This document shows, piece by piece, positions 23,546 through 37,750 of a stretch of 64,000 bases of DNA. The notes beneath the pieces are model-generated. The model saw nothing but the letters and a program-made list of their open reading frames with translations, did no database searches and was not told the DNA's origin. Positions within the stretch are counted from its first letter, which is position 1. The number at the start of each line of letters is the position of its first letter. Source of the DNA: Malacoraja senta (lineage: Eukaryota); NCBI GenBank assembly GCA_038087875.1, contig JAXLNO010000355.1:1-64000 (forward strand), written 5' to 3'. Made by a program: the position numbers and the translations under genes.

Positions 23546-26500
23546 CTCGTGTTCCTTTCTATGTATACAGAGCTGGAAAAGTTCCTTTATTTGGGATAAA
23601 TACCAGTTTTATGCTTGTGCTAGAATGGATTGGCTGGAGCCGCACGTCCGTGCACATTTTGGAGTACAAGTCTTCAACTTAACTGACAAAATAATGAATT
23701 GCCCATAGCCTTTTCTGTCTCTAGTACATTGAGATCTTTCATAACAGCGTGAGGAATCAACAAGATTAGATGACGACAGCATCCTATGATGGCGAGACCT
23801 GCAGAGGGAAGCAAGATGGAGCATTCTCCCTGAGCATCTCGCTGGACTCAAACCGTCATTGAAGATGACACTGACTCTCAGTCTGAAGAAGGGTCTCGAC
23901 CCGAAACGTCACCCATTCCTTCTCTCCAGAGATGCTGCCTGTACCGCTGAGGTCCTCCAGCATTTTGTGTCTATCTTTGCACAATTTTTGCATGGATATT
24001 GTCCCTTGCTGCAACTTAATTGGATTGTATATTCACCATTGTTACTCATGGCCTTATTCTGTATATACACCTTTGCTACACTTGACGTATTCTTCTGCAC
24101 CAAATTCTGGTTGGCTCCCTGGTTTGAAAGTAATTATGGAGTAAGGCTAATGCTGGGCCATGAGTTACCAAATTTGGAGAAATGCTGCCAGTGATGCTAT
24201 TGACCTGCTGTGTCTCAGGCATGCCGAGTGTGGACAGCTACCTCTGTTTTGATTCTGTCTTTTACATGGCGAAGAGTGTCCTAACTTGTAAGAAAGGACA
24301 TAAGGCCTGTGTATTGAACACTCCCTACCAATCCTCTCTCTGATATTTGCATCTGAAGTAGGTAGGTTGGTGAAGATAAACCAGATTTCCCCCTCATGTT
24401 AGTGATCAGATCTTGTGCAAGCACAGTTTGGCAGTTGTTTCCTTCAGAGCTTAGCCAGCTGAGTCATTGTTGGTTTCACCGCGCCCCTCTTTGATGTCCC
24501 AACTCAGACTCAGTTCTGTGTCTTTGATTCCCTCAGGATTTTTTCCGATTGATGCTCAATAAGGACCTGTAATGTTTCATCAACTGAGGGTATATTGTGA
24601 ATGGTAGTCAACCAGACGTTTCCTACCCAAGTTTGACCTGATGCATGAAACTTCATAGTTGAGGACCTCCAGGGCTACTCTCTCTGATTGTATACTCCTG
24701 TTCCACCCAGCTTTGGTGGTTCTATCCTGCTATTAGGACAGCTCACAACAGGGAAGAAGGTGCACAAGTCGAGAAGGTGGCTGAAGGTTTATTTTTTTGT
24801 GAATATATCTGTCATTTCTTTAGTCTGTGTGGCAGTTGTCACAATTAGGTACACCCTCTAGATGTTCCTGAGGAGTTTACAGGATTGAGGAGATTGGCCG
24901 TGTCATTGTTTTGTTCAAATCCAACACATACAACATTTGCACAAGAACAGAGTTCATCACAGACTCATTAATGGTGACGTATTGATGGGATTGTGTTGTG
25001 GTAAATGCTTCTGAGTAATTCCTTGGGGGGAAAAGTACAAGGGTTTGCACTTGCGATGGGTGTTGATGGTTTTTTGAACCATTGTATTGACCATAGTTGA
25101 GGAGTTATGGAAGCAACTTGAATATATACTCTATCAGATGATGAGAAAGGATGAGGAGGATAGGATCTACTTCCCTGAACAGAGGGGTCAATAACTTTGA
25201 GACAATTAGTGGAAAGATCAGAGAGTTAAGGAGATATATTTTTGCCTCTGGGAAATGATGGTGGACTGGTGTCTGAGCTGATGGGCTGAATGGATGGTGG
25301 GGAAGAGCCACGCAATATTTAAAAAACAACTAGATGAATCCTTGATTTTTGAAGAGTAATGGGATATGGCAAGATCACTCTTTTCGTAACTCAGTTAGCA
25401 TGAACAGAAGGGACTGAATGGCTACCGACTACATCCTGACATTTTACAATTCTGGATCCTAATCAGTTTAAGCATTTGCACAACATTTTCAGTGAGAATT
25501 TATTTTCTCACCATCAACTGCACAGTGTTTGCTGTATATGTGTAAAATACTCCTGACAATTGGAGGTGAGAGGAATAGATTTTTCTTTGTGTAGCTACTG
25601 GATGTGTTCCTAGGTCCACCAGCTGAAGATACATGGAGGAAGATTCAGTGGCATTTTTCCAAAGAGAATTGGATAAAATCCTGGAAATCGAAAAACAGCA
25701 AGGCTGCAGTGAAAGAGTGGGACTGATTTGAGACCATTTTCAAGACCCAGCACAGGCACGATGGGCCAAATGGCCACCTATTGCGCCATGCCAACTGAGT
25801 ATGAAAGTCGCTTGTTCCAGATAAGTGTATTCTATTGAAGAAGAGTCTGAAGAAGAATCCCGACCCGAAACGTCGCCGATCCGTGTCCTCCAGAGATCCT
25901 GCCTGATCTGCTGAGTTACTCCAGTTGCTCCATCACTTTACGTATTTTTATTTGTAAAGCTGCATCAGCAGTTCCTTGTGTCTCTACCATATTGACCTGT
26001 AAAAAGATGGTTGAATGTAAACCGTTAAATGGTAATGATGTGGAGGTCCTGGGGAAGACAGGGCGTAATTGTATCCATTGCAACTTCAACCTCAGCATGA
26101 TTTACGTTGCATCTGGATGTGTAGTTTGATTGGTTAGGTGAGTAGACAGGAGTACTCTATTTCATCTGCAACACAGATGACAGCAATGCCCAGCTGTCTA
26201 TTTGGCTGCACTGTTGTTTTCCTCCCTTTCCGTTGTAAAGTGGCTTCTGGGTTGTTCTGCGGGTACATGCACACCTTTATTTATTTATTTGTTTGTTTAT
26301 TTATGCTGGTGGGTTCGCAGCATTCTGTGCATTGTAGTAATGATCAGCAGACGGTTGCAGCTTCACCCTCCCACTGACTGGCATGTGTTAGCCCTTCATG
26401 AAAGTGTGATGATACCAGGCTCAAGGCTATTTGATTCAGGTTTCATTAACCTTGGGGTTCATTACTCCTTTCACTTGAACTGCAGAGAGCCATCACATCA

Positions 26501-27151
26501 TTCCATGTCTGCGCTTACCCTAATTATCGTCAGACTAGACCCCCATAAATCAGTGGCTCTGCAGAGCTGTCTTAAGCCGCTTTATGTGGCCATTTCTGAT
26601 CTAATCTGACAACTGTAAGCTACTGTTTCCTCACGCCATTTAACTCAGACCACATTTCCAAATCTTATTGCCATTTTTTTCCCCCATGGCATTGTTTTTG
26701 CATCCGTCTGTTTTAAATCCATGATCATACCCTCCCACTCCTGACTCCTGACGGAATGCTTGACTCCTTTCCTTCTAATCAGCAGCAATTTATTTTTCAC
26801 TACAAATCAGCATTTGACAAAAAATAACATCACCGCTACTGTGTGACGCGAATTAAACAGAATAGTCATCAATCTCCAATCCATTAATAAATATTCAACA
26901 ACACAGTCACTTTGAATCTTTGGATCTGATGCCACTAAATTTGAAATGCCAGGCCTGAAACTGCTGATTATTATATACAATGTTACATGTGATGTGATTT
27001 ATTTTTATGGATATTATTATCATTTATGTGTGTTCAAGTTATAGTAAAAGAGTCACTGATTATGTTTAAGCAGCGGTGTTGTATCTTTTTGAATTCTGTC
27101 GTACTTCACCGTGCATTGCATTGTTTCCAAGTATTTTTCTCTCGGTTAAAG

Positions 27152-27340
27152 GACGAGGCGAGGCAGACAATCGCAAAGATGCTGAGTCATTTTCCCGTGG
27201 CCCACACGGACCTGTGTGTTCGGATCAACTCTGTCTCGAGTGGCCTTGCCGAGCTCGACATGGAAGTCATCTTACCCTCTAAAGACCGCCCTCCGACCTT
27301 GATGCTCCCCAAAGTTGAAAACACCGAAGAAATAAAATGG
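27152..27340 (+). CDS. CLYBL: CLYBL coding exon (exon 3 equivalent)
   Basis: AG acceptor, TGG|GTGAGT donor. 189 nt: DEARQTIAKMLSHF...CVRINSVSSGLAELDM...LMLPKVENTEEIKW. In phase with the previous exon. Confidence 0.95.
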
Positions 27341-30300
27341 GTGAGTTGGTCTAGATTTGGCAAATCCTTGCACTTTGATCACCTACCAGATCATTTGGGC
27401 TAAAAGGAGGGTCAGGTCAAGAAGGTATGAACCTCCCACACTTCCTGACACTTCCAGCTGCAACCAAAATGGGACTGCGACCAAAGTACAGATTCAGGTC
27501 AATTCTAACAGAGGAAGTGGGAGAGAGAGAGAGAGGGTTAAATAAAAAAAGTGGAAAAGAAATATGAGGGGGTGTGCTTGGGGCAAACCAGCAAAATGAA
27601 CAGGAAGCTTTTAACCACTGTTTTTAATTACTACAGATATTATTTCCTGAATCGTTCTGTATTTCTTCCTTTTTAATTGCTGCCAGGTGTGTTTTTGTTT
27701 CATGGCTGGTTTTTTTAAGCCTATAAAGTCTTGAAATAAAAACAGGAGACACATCAAATTACTTAAGTCAACTTTGAAATAGCCCTCATTACTTTAACAT
27801 GCTTTCAATAAATGGGGCGATTATAAAATATAGGAACAGTTAATCTTAAATAGGATTGAAGCAGGCCTATTTATAAAACTTTAAGAAGTATCTTTAACTA
27901 TGATTTTTATAGCCAGCAAGTAAGTATTTCATTTTGAAGTGTTTACTGCAGCTAGTTTCACAGTGAAAATGTAAATACATTCACCCACTAAAAACCCTGA
28001 CTATGGAGAGGAATGTTATTTTCAAATTTTTAAATTTGAGAAGGCACCGAGCTTGAAGTCTCAAACATTCAAACAGCTGGACGAAAAGGGAGTTTGGTTG
28101 CCAAGAAGGACAGTGACAGTAATTAAATAAATCCCTTCCCCCCACCCTCCTTCTCCATCACCCCCCACCCCTTTGCTGTTGAGGTCACAACATAACGAGC
28201 TGGTAGATAACTTTGTTTGACTGACCTCAGTTTAATTTCCGAATTCTCACAGGGATTGCTGGATTGAGCACACCCGCTTTCATTCTCACAGATTGTCAGC
28301 ATAACCAAAATCCCTTTGGTGTTTATTTATCCCATTTAAAATAAAAATTATATTAAGTATAAACCTGGAGGCAGATTTGTAACTAAAAGATGGAGTTACT
28401 TGTTGTCTATTGTGCGGGAATCTCTTGCTTTGCTTTGTCCTGGCTATGGGTACTTGTTTGACTGGCATGGCTTATTGGACTATAACAAGCGTAACGCTGC
28501 CTCTTTTGTTGCAAAACAATTCCTCTGCAAATCCTGAACAGTGTGCATTCTTGCCAACATAGTATTGGGTGTGCTTTGGAATTGACTATGGCTTGCTACT
28601 TCTCCTCCCCAATTTCTCTTTCTATTACATTAGTGCAGTCAACACTGGGCTAGGCCGGAAACTTTTAATCGTCTCTTTGAGAGAAGGAGGACAAAAAATT
28701 AATTGAAACCTGTTTATCGGATAATTTTTGTGTTAATATGCACCATATATCATTTATAGTTTGGATAAACAACTTATGCAAACAAATAGCCAATCGGGGA
28801 TTAGGGGGAATGATAATGTAATAGGGTGGGTGAGAGGGAGGGGGGGGAATGAGAAAGTGTGTAACATAAACTGAAGTGACAGTTTGTTTTGTTAAAAATA
28901 TTTGTTAATCCCAAATTAATTAAATCCAAAATATGTAATTAATAGGAGAATTATGTCTATATGCAGCTAAAAGTGAAATTCAGGTAACATAAATTGGCCT
29001 TTAATAAAAGACATTTCTGTCACTGCACTTTTCTATGAAGCAGAATATTATGTTAAGCCGGTGGCATTAGTTTTTATGTTGCCATAGCAGCCTACTCCTG
29101 CAGGGTTGTGACCTGTGATGATTACAGTACAAAGCTTATATGGTCCCAAACCCCCCTTTGAAGATGAAAAGGCTTTGATGGTTTATATTTATGCAAATCT
29201 CTTAGATATGATTTACCCAACTGAGATTGAATGGGGAAATGATTAAAATTCCCCTTTTTTTATTTGAAATCTTTCAACAAATGAATTTTCTTTAAATTTT
29301 ACGACGCCTGCTTTTTTTGTCTTCATTGAAATGCATTTGCTTTACCTGAGATACTTTTATCAGTTGCGGAACTGTGATGATTGCAGCTTAAATATAGTAC
29401 CTTTTATACTCTAATCCTGGCTCTGAAAGGGGAAAAAAAAGTAGTGTGCAAGAGCTTTTGTATGTTTCCAGATGATAGATTTTGGAATTTCGGCTACCCC
29501 ACTGGCAATCCAGTGAATTGGAGACAATTTTTCCAAGTCTTTGGTGTTCAAAGAAAGCAAGTTGCTTTCTTTATGACACCCCCGGTAAAACTCAAAGTAC
29601 TAGGAAAATCATATTGCAAAAAGCTAAAAATAAAACCAGCTGGTCTGAACGACTGATTCTTCATTTTGAAATCACACCATTGACACAATAAAATGACAAA
29701 AGGATTTACATATTGCACAATCACTGTCTTTCAGAATTTTGAATTATTGGACTTCATGTCATGATAGATGAACTAAGTTAACTTTAACTCAGAACCTTGC
29801 AAGGCACAGAATAGACTAATGCAGCCTCTAAAGTGAAAATGCACATAAACCTGTAAATATCTAGAATTGTGCAATTATGCATTTAGATACATTTTTATTT
29901 GTGTGTGTTTTGACATTAGCATAAAACTGATTGAAAAATTTAATTGATTGTTTACATAACACTCTTATGTTTAGGATCAAAATTGATATATGTACATGTT
30001 GTGAGTGAGATTTATAATTTTTCGGTGTGTAATTTTCTTTAATCGCCTCAAAGGACCGGACTTGAAAAAAATAATCACTATTTTCAAAATCTTTTAAAGA
30101 GCTAGTGGTAATGCAGTTGTACTAAAAAAATTGCCAAATGTCTTTGCGTCCTTGTCGAAATCAAGATATTGCAAACGTCAAATCCTCCAAAACGGTAAGT
30201 TCTTCATTTTTTCCAAAAGGAAAAAGGAGCATGATTTCAGAAGGGTCTCGACCCGAAACGTCGCCTACTCTTTTTCTCCGTAGATGCTGCCTCACCCGCT

Positions 30301-30365
30301 GAGTTTCTCCAGCATTTTTTGTCTACTTATGATTTCCATCTCTCTCTCTCTCACTCTCTCCCTAG

Positions 30366-30467
30366 TTTGCAGACAGATTTGCAAAATACTCAAAGGGCCG
30401 GGCAGCAAAGGAGCCAATGAATCTAATCACTTTTGTGGAGACTGCAATGGGTTTGCTGAATTTCAAG
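30366..30467 (+). CDS. CLYBL: CLYBL coding exon (exon 4 equivalent)
   Basis: (CT)n tract and ccTAG acceptor, AAG|GTAAAC donor. 102 nt: FADRFAKYSKGRAAKEPMNLITFVETAMGLLNFK. Confidence 0.95.
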
Positions 30468-31329
30468 GTAAACCAATTTGTTCAAACAAAATCGAGTGTT
30501 TTAAACAAAAAAAGTCAGCATTTTTCAATGATATATTGATAGCACTGTTGTTTCAGAATATAAGCACCAAGGCATTACAGTATTTGTAGTTTATTCTCTT
30601 TAAAAAAAATTAAGCCAAACAACAAACATTTAATTTTATTAATCACAGGCATTACACTTACAGTGAAAATCTTAAGTTTAAAAATATAATAAGTTTAATA
30701 AATTACCTGTTCACATTTATTTAACATTATTTCACAAATGCATGCTCAATTTTGGAAATAGTGAAATTAATCAGATATTCTATAAAGAATATGCAGAATA
30801 TTATGTGGAGGATTCTGTCTCAGAATAGCAGTGCTGAAAGGCATATTGGTCTGGATTCCCTCCAAAAATATGCACAAATATGCTTTGACTTCTTTATTTC
30901 ATCCAAGTTTTTTGTCGGTCACAGAGAAATTATTCTATTGCTGTAGCAGAAATATGTGATTTTCAAAACAGGTGTAATGAAACACTTCTTGAAGTTCCCC
31001 AACCAGGAAACCACAAGAAAAATAAGTCGACATAGACATGGTAACTGAGATGTTGAGGGGTGCAAGAGTCTGCCTTTTTGGCTGTCTCCGAAAGTAGCAG
31101 GAAAAAGCAGCTGCCACTCATTCCTTTAATATTAAATACCTTTTCTTTTTTCCCTAGTAACTGAAAAACACTACCAAATAGAATGCTTAAAAGTCTTAAC
31201 CTCACCGTGGACATTGCTAGTTTGATCATTACATGCGTTACACCGTTGATAATGTTCCCATGGTTAAACATCAGTTAGCAAGTTACATGATGCAAAGGAT
31301 ATTCCATGGTTATTGTTATCTTCTTGAAG

Positions 31330-31423
31330 GATGTATGTGAAGAAGCACAACGCCTAGGAACATCTGCTGGTTTCCAGCTTGATGGAGTGGTATTTGGATC
31401 AGATGATTTCTGTGCCAGTATAG
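31330..31423 (+). CDS. CLYBL: CLYBL coding exon (exon 5 equivalent)
   Basis: 94 nt: DVCEEAQRLGTSAGFQLDGVVFGSDDFCASI(G). AG acceptor and GTGAGA donor. Confidence 0.95.
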
Positions 31424-31945
31424 GTGAGAGAAAGGTTTTTCTTTGGTCCCTTCCTTTCCACTGTGACGTATTGTTCGGAAACTTCTTATGCTTTTATTTT
31501 TTCAGACAAAATGATACAGTATACACTCTTATTCATGAATCACTGTAATTAAGCTACAATTCACACCTAATATATTTGTGCTTTTGATGATTGCCAGTTC
31601 ATTATAAAATTCAATATATTCTTAAAATAATCACAGGTTCCATGTTCTGGTTCACATTCAGTGTTTGCAAAGTTCAGTGAAGATTTTAGTTGCATTGGAT
31701 TTTGTTTGAATTGTTTAAATTGATAATTATTTTACTTTGCCATCTGCAGCCAAAAGTAAAAGTATGGGATTCATTTTTATTCATGAGAAATATTTTCATA
31801 AGGTTTTAGCCAAAATGTGGTTTATTTTGAATAAGTTATTTTAAAATTGTTTTATCTGGCATGCTATTTCAAGACTCCTTTGTGATCTAATTTCCTTGTA
31901 GGAATGTTGAGCTAGTGCCTTAACTACTTTTCTTAACTATTTCAG

Positions 31946-32113
31946 GTGCCACACGAACTGAAGATGCTCGGGAGCTTCTGTACGCAAGGCAGAAGGTTGT
32001 TGTAACAGCAAAGGCATTTGGCCTGCAAGCCATAGACCTGGTTTATATTAACTATAAGGACGATAAGGGCCTAAGTGTACAATCGAAAGAGGGTGCCCTG
32101 ATGGGATTCACAG
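31946..32113 (+). CDS. CLYBL: CLYBL coding exon (exon 6 equivalent)
   Basis: 168 nt: (G)ATRTEDARELLYARQKVVVTAKAFGLQAIDLVYINYKDDKGLSVQSKEGALMGFT(G). tttCAG acceptor and GTACAC donor. Confidence 0.95.
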
Positions 32114-32210
32114 GTACACTACAACCTCCAAATAAACTTTGAACCACATAGACTTGGGGGCATTGATTTTGTCTTTTTGCACTATTGTGTGTTTGTTTTT
32201 ATGTGAACGT

Positions 32211-32213
32211 GTG

Positions 32214-32290
<77 letters not shown>

Positions 32291-32338
32291 TATATATATA
32301 TTATATATATAATATATTTGTGTGTGTGTGTGTGTGTA
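32211..32338. repeat. (TA)n microsatellite flanked by (TG)n
   Basis: About 30 perfect AT units from 32221, followed by degenerate units. Confidence 0.95.
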
Positions 32339-34128
32339 TTTACACACACTAAACTTTTTTCTCATTTATTATATTGTTTACAGAGTACTATATTCACATA
32401 TTCTTTAGTGCTGCTGCAAGCAAGAATTTCATTGTTCTATCTGGGACATATGACAATAAGACTCTTGACTACGGTTCCTAAATGATCAGTTGATTCTTCC
32501 CCCACACCACTTACGTTAACTTCAATTTTTTTTACTAACTGTAGATGGAATAAAAACTTTATCCATGTGTTACTGCAAACATGACACCAAAAATATTTTG
32601 ATGCATTTTTTATATGTTATGGAGTGGTTAATGGCTAATTTATGATGTCATACCAGGAGTGTGAAATAGATATAAAACTGTTTAAACGTGCACCCTAATT
32701 ATTTAACAGTAAATCATTCATTGCGAGGAAATAAACTTTGATGCATTTGCTTAAATATCACAAATAGTGTAAAGTAGATCAGTCAGGATTCTGTTGAGCA
32801 TTAAGCAAAATAAATAATTTTGTTTAACCATTTTAGCCTCCAACAAAATTTAATAGATTTAATCACAAATAATTTACGGTATCTATTATTTGTGATATGT
32901 TACAGTAAATCTGTATTATTTATGACCACCATATCCCTTAAAACAAAGGAAAGTAACCTCTAGGACAGTAATAATCACATACAGTATGTTCAATAAACTC
33001 TGATTTATAAGTTATCTATTTCAAACAGTAGATTAATATAAATTATTAAACTGTTGTATTCAGTTGGTTTAGTGACATCTGCACTAAGCTGTTACTTGCT
33101 TCTGGAACCCAAAGTATTGGCTCTTTGTTTCAATGTCTTGGCAGAGATATAAGATCACCTGACAACTCTGACCAGTAAAAGCTGCTTATAATATTTTACA
33201 TTAAAACTGTTTCAGATTATTTATTTTTCTACCGACTTTGTAATATGTAATGCAGCACGTTCAAGATGTTTCTACCTAAATCATGTACATTGGCAAAATT
33301 ATTTATGTGTAGAAAATTGAAATGTTTTGTAATGTAATTTGAAGAGTATTGTAGAAGATATTAATTAACTCTTCAAAAAGCATGCAATGCATCCACTCTA
33401 ATAGTATTTACTTGAAATAAAACTTTAAATTCTGGCGCCAACAATATAAGTTTTAAAATTAATCTTGCTTCTGATTTGGACAGAAGACATCCTAGTTTAG
33501 AAAATGTAATTTGGAACCGCAGAAGAAATTTCACATAGAGACCAAAGTCATAAATATGAACTATCCAAATATATTTTTGTATTTTTATCCTGTACACAAA
33601 GATAATTCAGCATGTAAAGGATGCGCTCTCCGTATGGGTTTGATAAACATTGTTCTATAATCAGATAAACAGGTGGTATACAATGATAAATTTTCATGGC
33701 TAAAACTAATCATTCGGGAGGCGACCCTTTCTGGTTCATGCTTTTAGCTCAGAAATGAAACATATCATTTTTTGTAAACCAACAAGGCTGAAATTATTAC
33801 CTCACTGCACTTAAAATAACAATTTTCTTTCAACAGAACAACTGAATTCCTGTGAATTTGATTTGATATTGTAAATTGTGATTTAGAACGTTTTGCAGCT
33901 CGTCATGCTGTTGGAATGTGTCAAACTATTGCCTCACTACATCTATAATTCAGTGATAAATGAATAATTTTCTCTTTTTTTATTTTAATGGATGAGGGGT
34001 TGTGCACTGCAGATTTTTCCAAAAATCATCAGACCAACAAGTCTCAGAATTGTAACCAGTATCTTATCTCAGAGCATATTATTTCACAATTCACTTCGGT
34101 GTACCACAACTAAGCACTTTAATTTACA

Positions 34129-34260
34129 GTCTTAAGAAGGGTCTCGACCCGAAACGTCACCCCATTCTTTCTACCCAGAGATGCTGCCTGTCCCGCTGAG
34201 TTACTCCAGCATTTTGTGTCTATCTTCGATTTAAACCAGCATCTGCAGTTCTTTCCTACA
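34129..34260 (+). mobile_element. Penelope-derived short element with 14-bp TSD
   Basis: CACTTTAATTTACA at 34115-34128 and 34261-34274. Starts with the AAGAAGGGTCTCGACCCGAAACGTC motif. Confidence 0.8.
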
Positions 34261-36384
34261 CACTTTAATTTACATTCTCCCATGGGTTTTTATTTTATAT
34301 AGAAATTTGCTGTTATTCTTACTCCTGCTGTAATTTTTGAGTTTATAGAAACTAATGTAATAATTAAGTATTATTTTACTTTTTGTAGTAAATAATCGAG
34401 AAATATTTTTTTGTAATGTTTTAAATCAAAGTACCACTGTAATATATTACTAACATTCTCTATCCATACAAGGTGTCTTTACAAAAGTTTAAAGAACTGT
34501 GTCTGGCCACAGATTCTGAGTTAATAGGAGAAATATAAAAGATACATTTGTAAAATTGCATACTCAGCCCACTATATATTTGAGATCTAATTCAAAAAGC
34601 AGTCATTCAGGAATTTGATCCATGTGCATTCTTTTGTTTAAAGAAACTGACTAAAGAATATTGACGGTGATAATAGAGGAGCATTATTAATAATTTACAG
34701 ATTTTGGAGATTAAAGATTTTCATCTGTATTTCAATATATTTTATCTGTTCAGCTAATCCATTACCATTTTAAATATTATTCTCACACACGCATTTAATC
34801 ATCGTTTCACGTAACCCCACTTTTGACTACCAACAATACACTCTCTCTCGGACTGAAGAAACAGTATAATCAGAAATAACAGTAAACGCCTCAAGTTCCA
34901 GTGGCAACATCGCACAGTCAGCAGATCGGAAGTGCTCACCAATCTTGGGCACAATTCATCCTGCTTGCTATTTTTGGTTTTACTTTCCCTTCTTGTGCCT
35001 GGAGTTCCAACATCATTGCTGCTGTACAACCTCCTGGCTGAAAGAGATTTGGCTGGTAGACACAGGCAAATTTAGAAGTCTAATAATGCTGGGCATTGAA
35101 ACTTTTCACTCCTATCTGATAGTTAACTGGACAGAATTCATGAATTATGTAACATATAATCTTGAAATAACATCCTTCATACCCTATGCAACAAACAAAT
35201 TACATCGTGTTACCCTTGATCAATTATAGTTAATAAACCAGATTATATGTACTTTCATAGATATAATTATGCAATGTTAAATTATGTAGAAAATATTAAA
35301 TAATACTTTTATAGAAATCTCACATGCATGAAAAATATATGTCATGTAAAATGCATTTGTATAAATAAAATAAAAAAGCACACTATACGTGATGCATAAA
35401 CCTTATAACAATAAATAATATGTATTAAGATCTGTAGAAAATAATACAAAATTATTTTTTGTGTTTCTAACCACTGGAATTCTAATAATGCTGTTTGCAT
35501 GGTTCTGATATATAACCAATATCCTACCGTGTAAATATCTCACAATTATTCAAATACTTTTTATGTTTTGTATTCTATTCGATTATAGCTAGGATATATA
35601 ATTTAGAGTGTTATGTGATTGCAATTTAGATTTCAACAATAAGGGAAAAAATTGAATACCTTATGGGGGTATCCTGCAATTTGAAACCATGTTAATCCAT
35701 TTATTGTCTAAATGTACCTCTTGAATCTGCATGGTGTCATGTGTTATCTTATTGGCATTTATAGAAAAATTGTATCAGTGTAGTGGTCAATATATTTCAA
35801 CAAATATAAATTAAATATGTTTGTATTGGATATAAAACTCAATAAATTTCCTGTATAGTTTGGAGCTCAATGCAACAAATCTGGATATTGCTCTTGCAAT
35901 TAAAAATAAATCAAATCCCCATATTTAACTAATAAAAAAACTTTCTATTGACTTATTGTATGGTCTGTGGCAGGGTAGAACCTCCTCACATCAAATAGAT
36001 AGGGTGTGAAATGATTGATGCAAATATTTTTGAGTCTAAACTAATGATCAAATGACTAAATATAACACAAAAAAAATCTGAAAATATTAGTTAAGATGCT
36101 AGCCGTGATTAAAATGATAGCCCGCTGCTGAACATTTATTCAACTGTAAGCAAGACAGACACAGTATGTTGAAGGAAGATCAACCTGTGGAGATATATAT
36201 CCAATGTAAACATTTACCATTACAGAGGTTGATTGATGTCACAAATGCCATAGCTGGTTTGGCCAAGACTCTTTGTGGAAAGTAGGACCATATTTCGCAA
36301 TTGATAAATCTGCTAATTATTTTCGAAAGCCTTTGTGAGTACTGAGCAAAATAATAAATTCCGATGTGTGGTATCTGTGTCTAG

Positions 36385-36509
36385 GTAAACAAGTGATCCA
36401 CCCCAATCAGATTCCAATTGTGCAAGAAGCCTTTTCTCCAAGTCTCGAGAACGTGAAATGGGCTTGTGAACTGATTGAGGCATTTGAAGAACATCAAAAA
36501 CTGGGAAAG
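36385..36509 (+). CDS. CLYBL: CLYBL coding exon (exon 7 equivalent)
   Basis: 125 nt: (G)KQVIHPNQIPIVQEAFSPSLENVKWACELIEAFEEHQKLGK. cTAG acceptor and GTAATT donor. Confidence 0.95.
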
Positions 36510-37477
36510 GTAATTTTTTGCATTTTGCGTATCCTCGTTATTCAGACAATTCATGGCCAAATTAAACACTTGCTGTTGTTGCAACTGAATGTGGAGATTA
36601 TTAAGTCGCTTTATGAGAGCGGAATTCTTTCAAATAGGATTAAAACATTGAAGCCCATTAGTGTTGCAAATGAAAATAAATTAGTGATGTTGGATTGCTT
36701 TGCCAATTTGTTGCATCATTGAATCGCATTGTGCTTCTTGCGCTGTGGGTTATTGTATATGTGTTTTGGTGGTGATCCACAGTCTGCCGGTGGCTTTGGC
36801 CCAATGATGCTCAGATTAAACATAGCCCCGAGGAAGAATCGGGGTAATCGCAGTGTTGTCAGTTAATTATCTTCGACAATCCTTATGTCTGCATCCTATG
36901 AACAATTACATAGGAACTATTTAATACCCTACAACTCACACCATCCATCCCAGCAGAATATTTTAAGAATCACATTTTTGCCATGAAAGCAATGTCCTGG
37001 TTAAGCTGCAGGGTAGTTAATCAGAAATGTTGACAAGTTATACATCTTTGAAGCTAAACAGAGTTCTTTAAAATGAAAAATAAAATGAAATAAAACAAAA
37101 TAAAAGTAATTAGATTATTTTATATCTATTTTACTAACAATATGCATGTTAGGAAATGTATGACATAGAGTCCTGCACATTTGGTACATCATGTCTGCAC
37201 CAACCATTGATAATTGTGAATAAAATCTGTTATTCCAAGATCCTGCCCTAGCTCAACCATGGAAAGAATATTATGTAATGTCAATCTTAAGTGTGTCTTC
37301 CTACGATGAAACTTGAATTGTTTTGCAAATTTTAAAGTTTATTCTCTAAACAAAGACGATGACGTTCTAACGTTAGCACGTTTTCAGTCTTCAAATAGTT
37401 AAGGTTGCATTAGTCCGTTGGGAAGGGTAGTCTCAGTAAATAAGGAGTATGACGTAACTCTTTTTATTCTGTTCCAG

Positions 37478-37573
37478 GGAGCCTTTGTTTTACACGGAAA
37501 TATGATCGACATGCCTTCTCTGAAACAAGCACAAAACATCGTCACACTGGCCACAGCCATCAAGGACATGTGA
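37478..37573 (+). CDS. CLYBL: CLYBL last coding exon (exon 8 equivalent)
   Basis: ttcCAG acceptor. GAFVLHGNMIDMPSLKQAQNIVTLATAIKDM-TGA, with the conserved MIDMP motif intact. Confidence 0.95.
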   Translation, partial: GAFVLHGNMIDMPSLKQAQNIVTLATAIKDM

Positions 37574-37744
37574 AAGCTCAAAGAAATGTGTTTGTGCCAT
37601 AGATCACTGATGGATGCAATGGGCAGAAGAGAACAGAGAGTGAGAGAGAGAAACTGAAATGTGTGAAATATTATGGAGGTCACTGCAACACTGATTATAT
37701 TTTAACAATATGCTAAATTAAGGCCTATACTATTGTAATTTAAA

Positions 37745-37750
37745 AATAAA
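37745..37750 (+). promoter_or_regulatory. Candidate polyadenylation signal for CLYBL
   Basis: First AATAAA after the stop codon (about 170 nt downstream), followed by T/GT-rich sequence. Confidence 0.5.
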
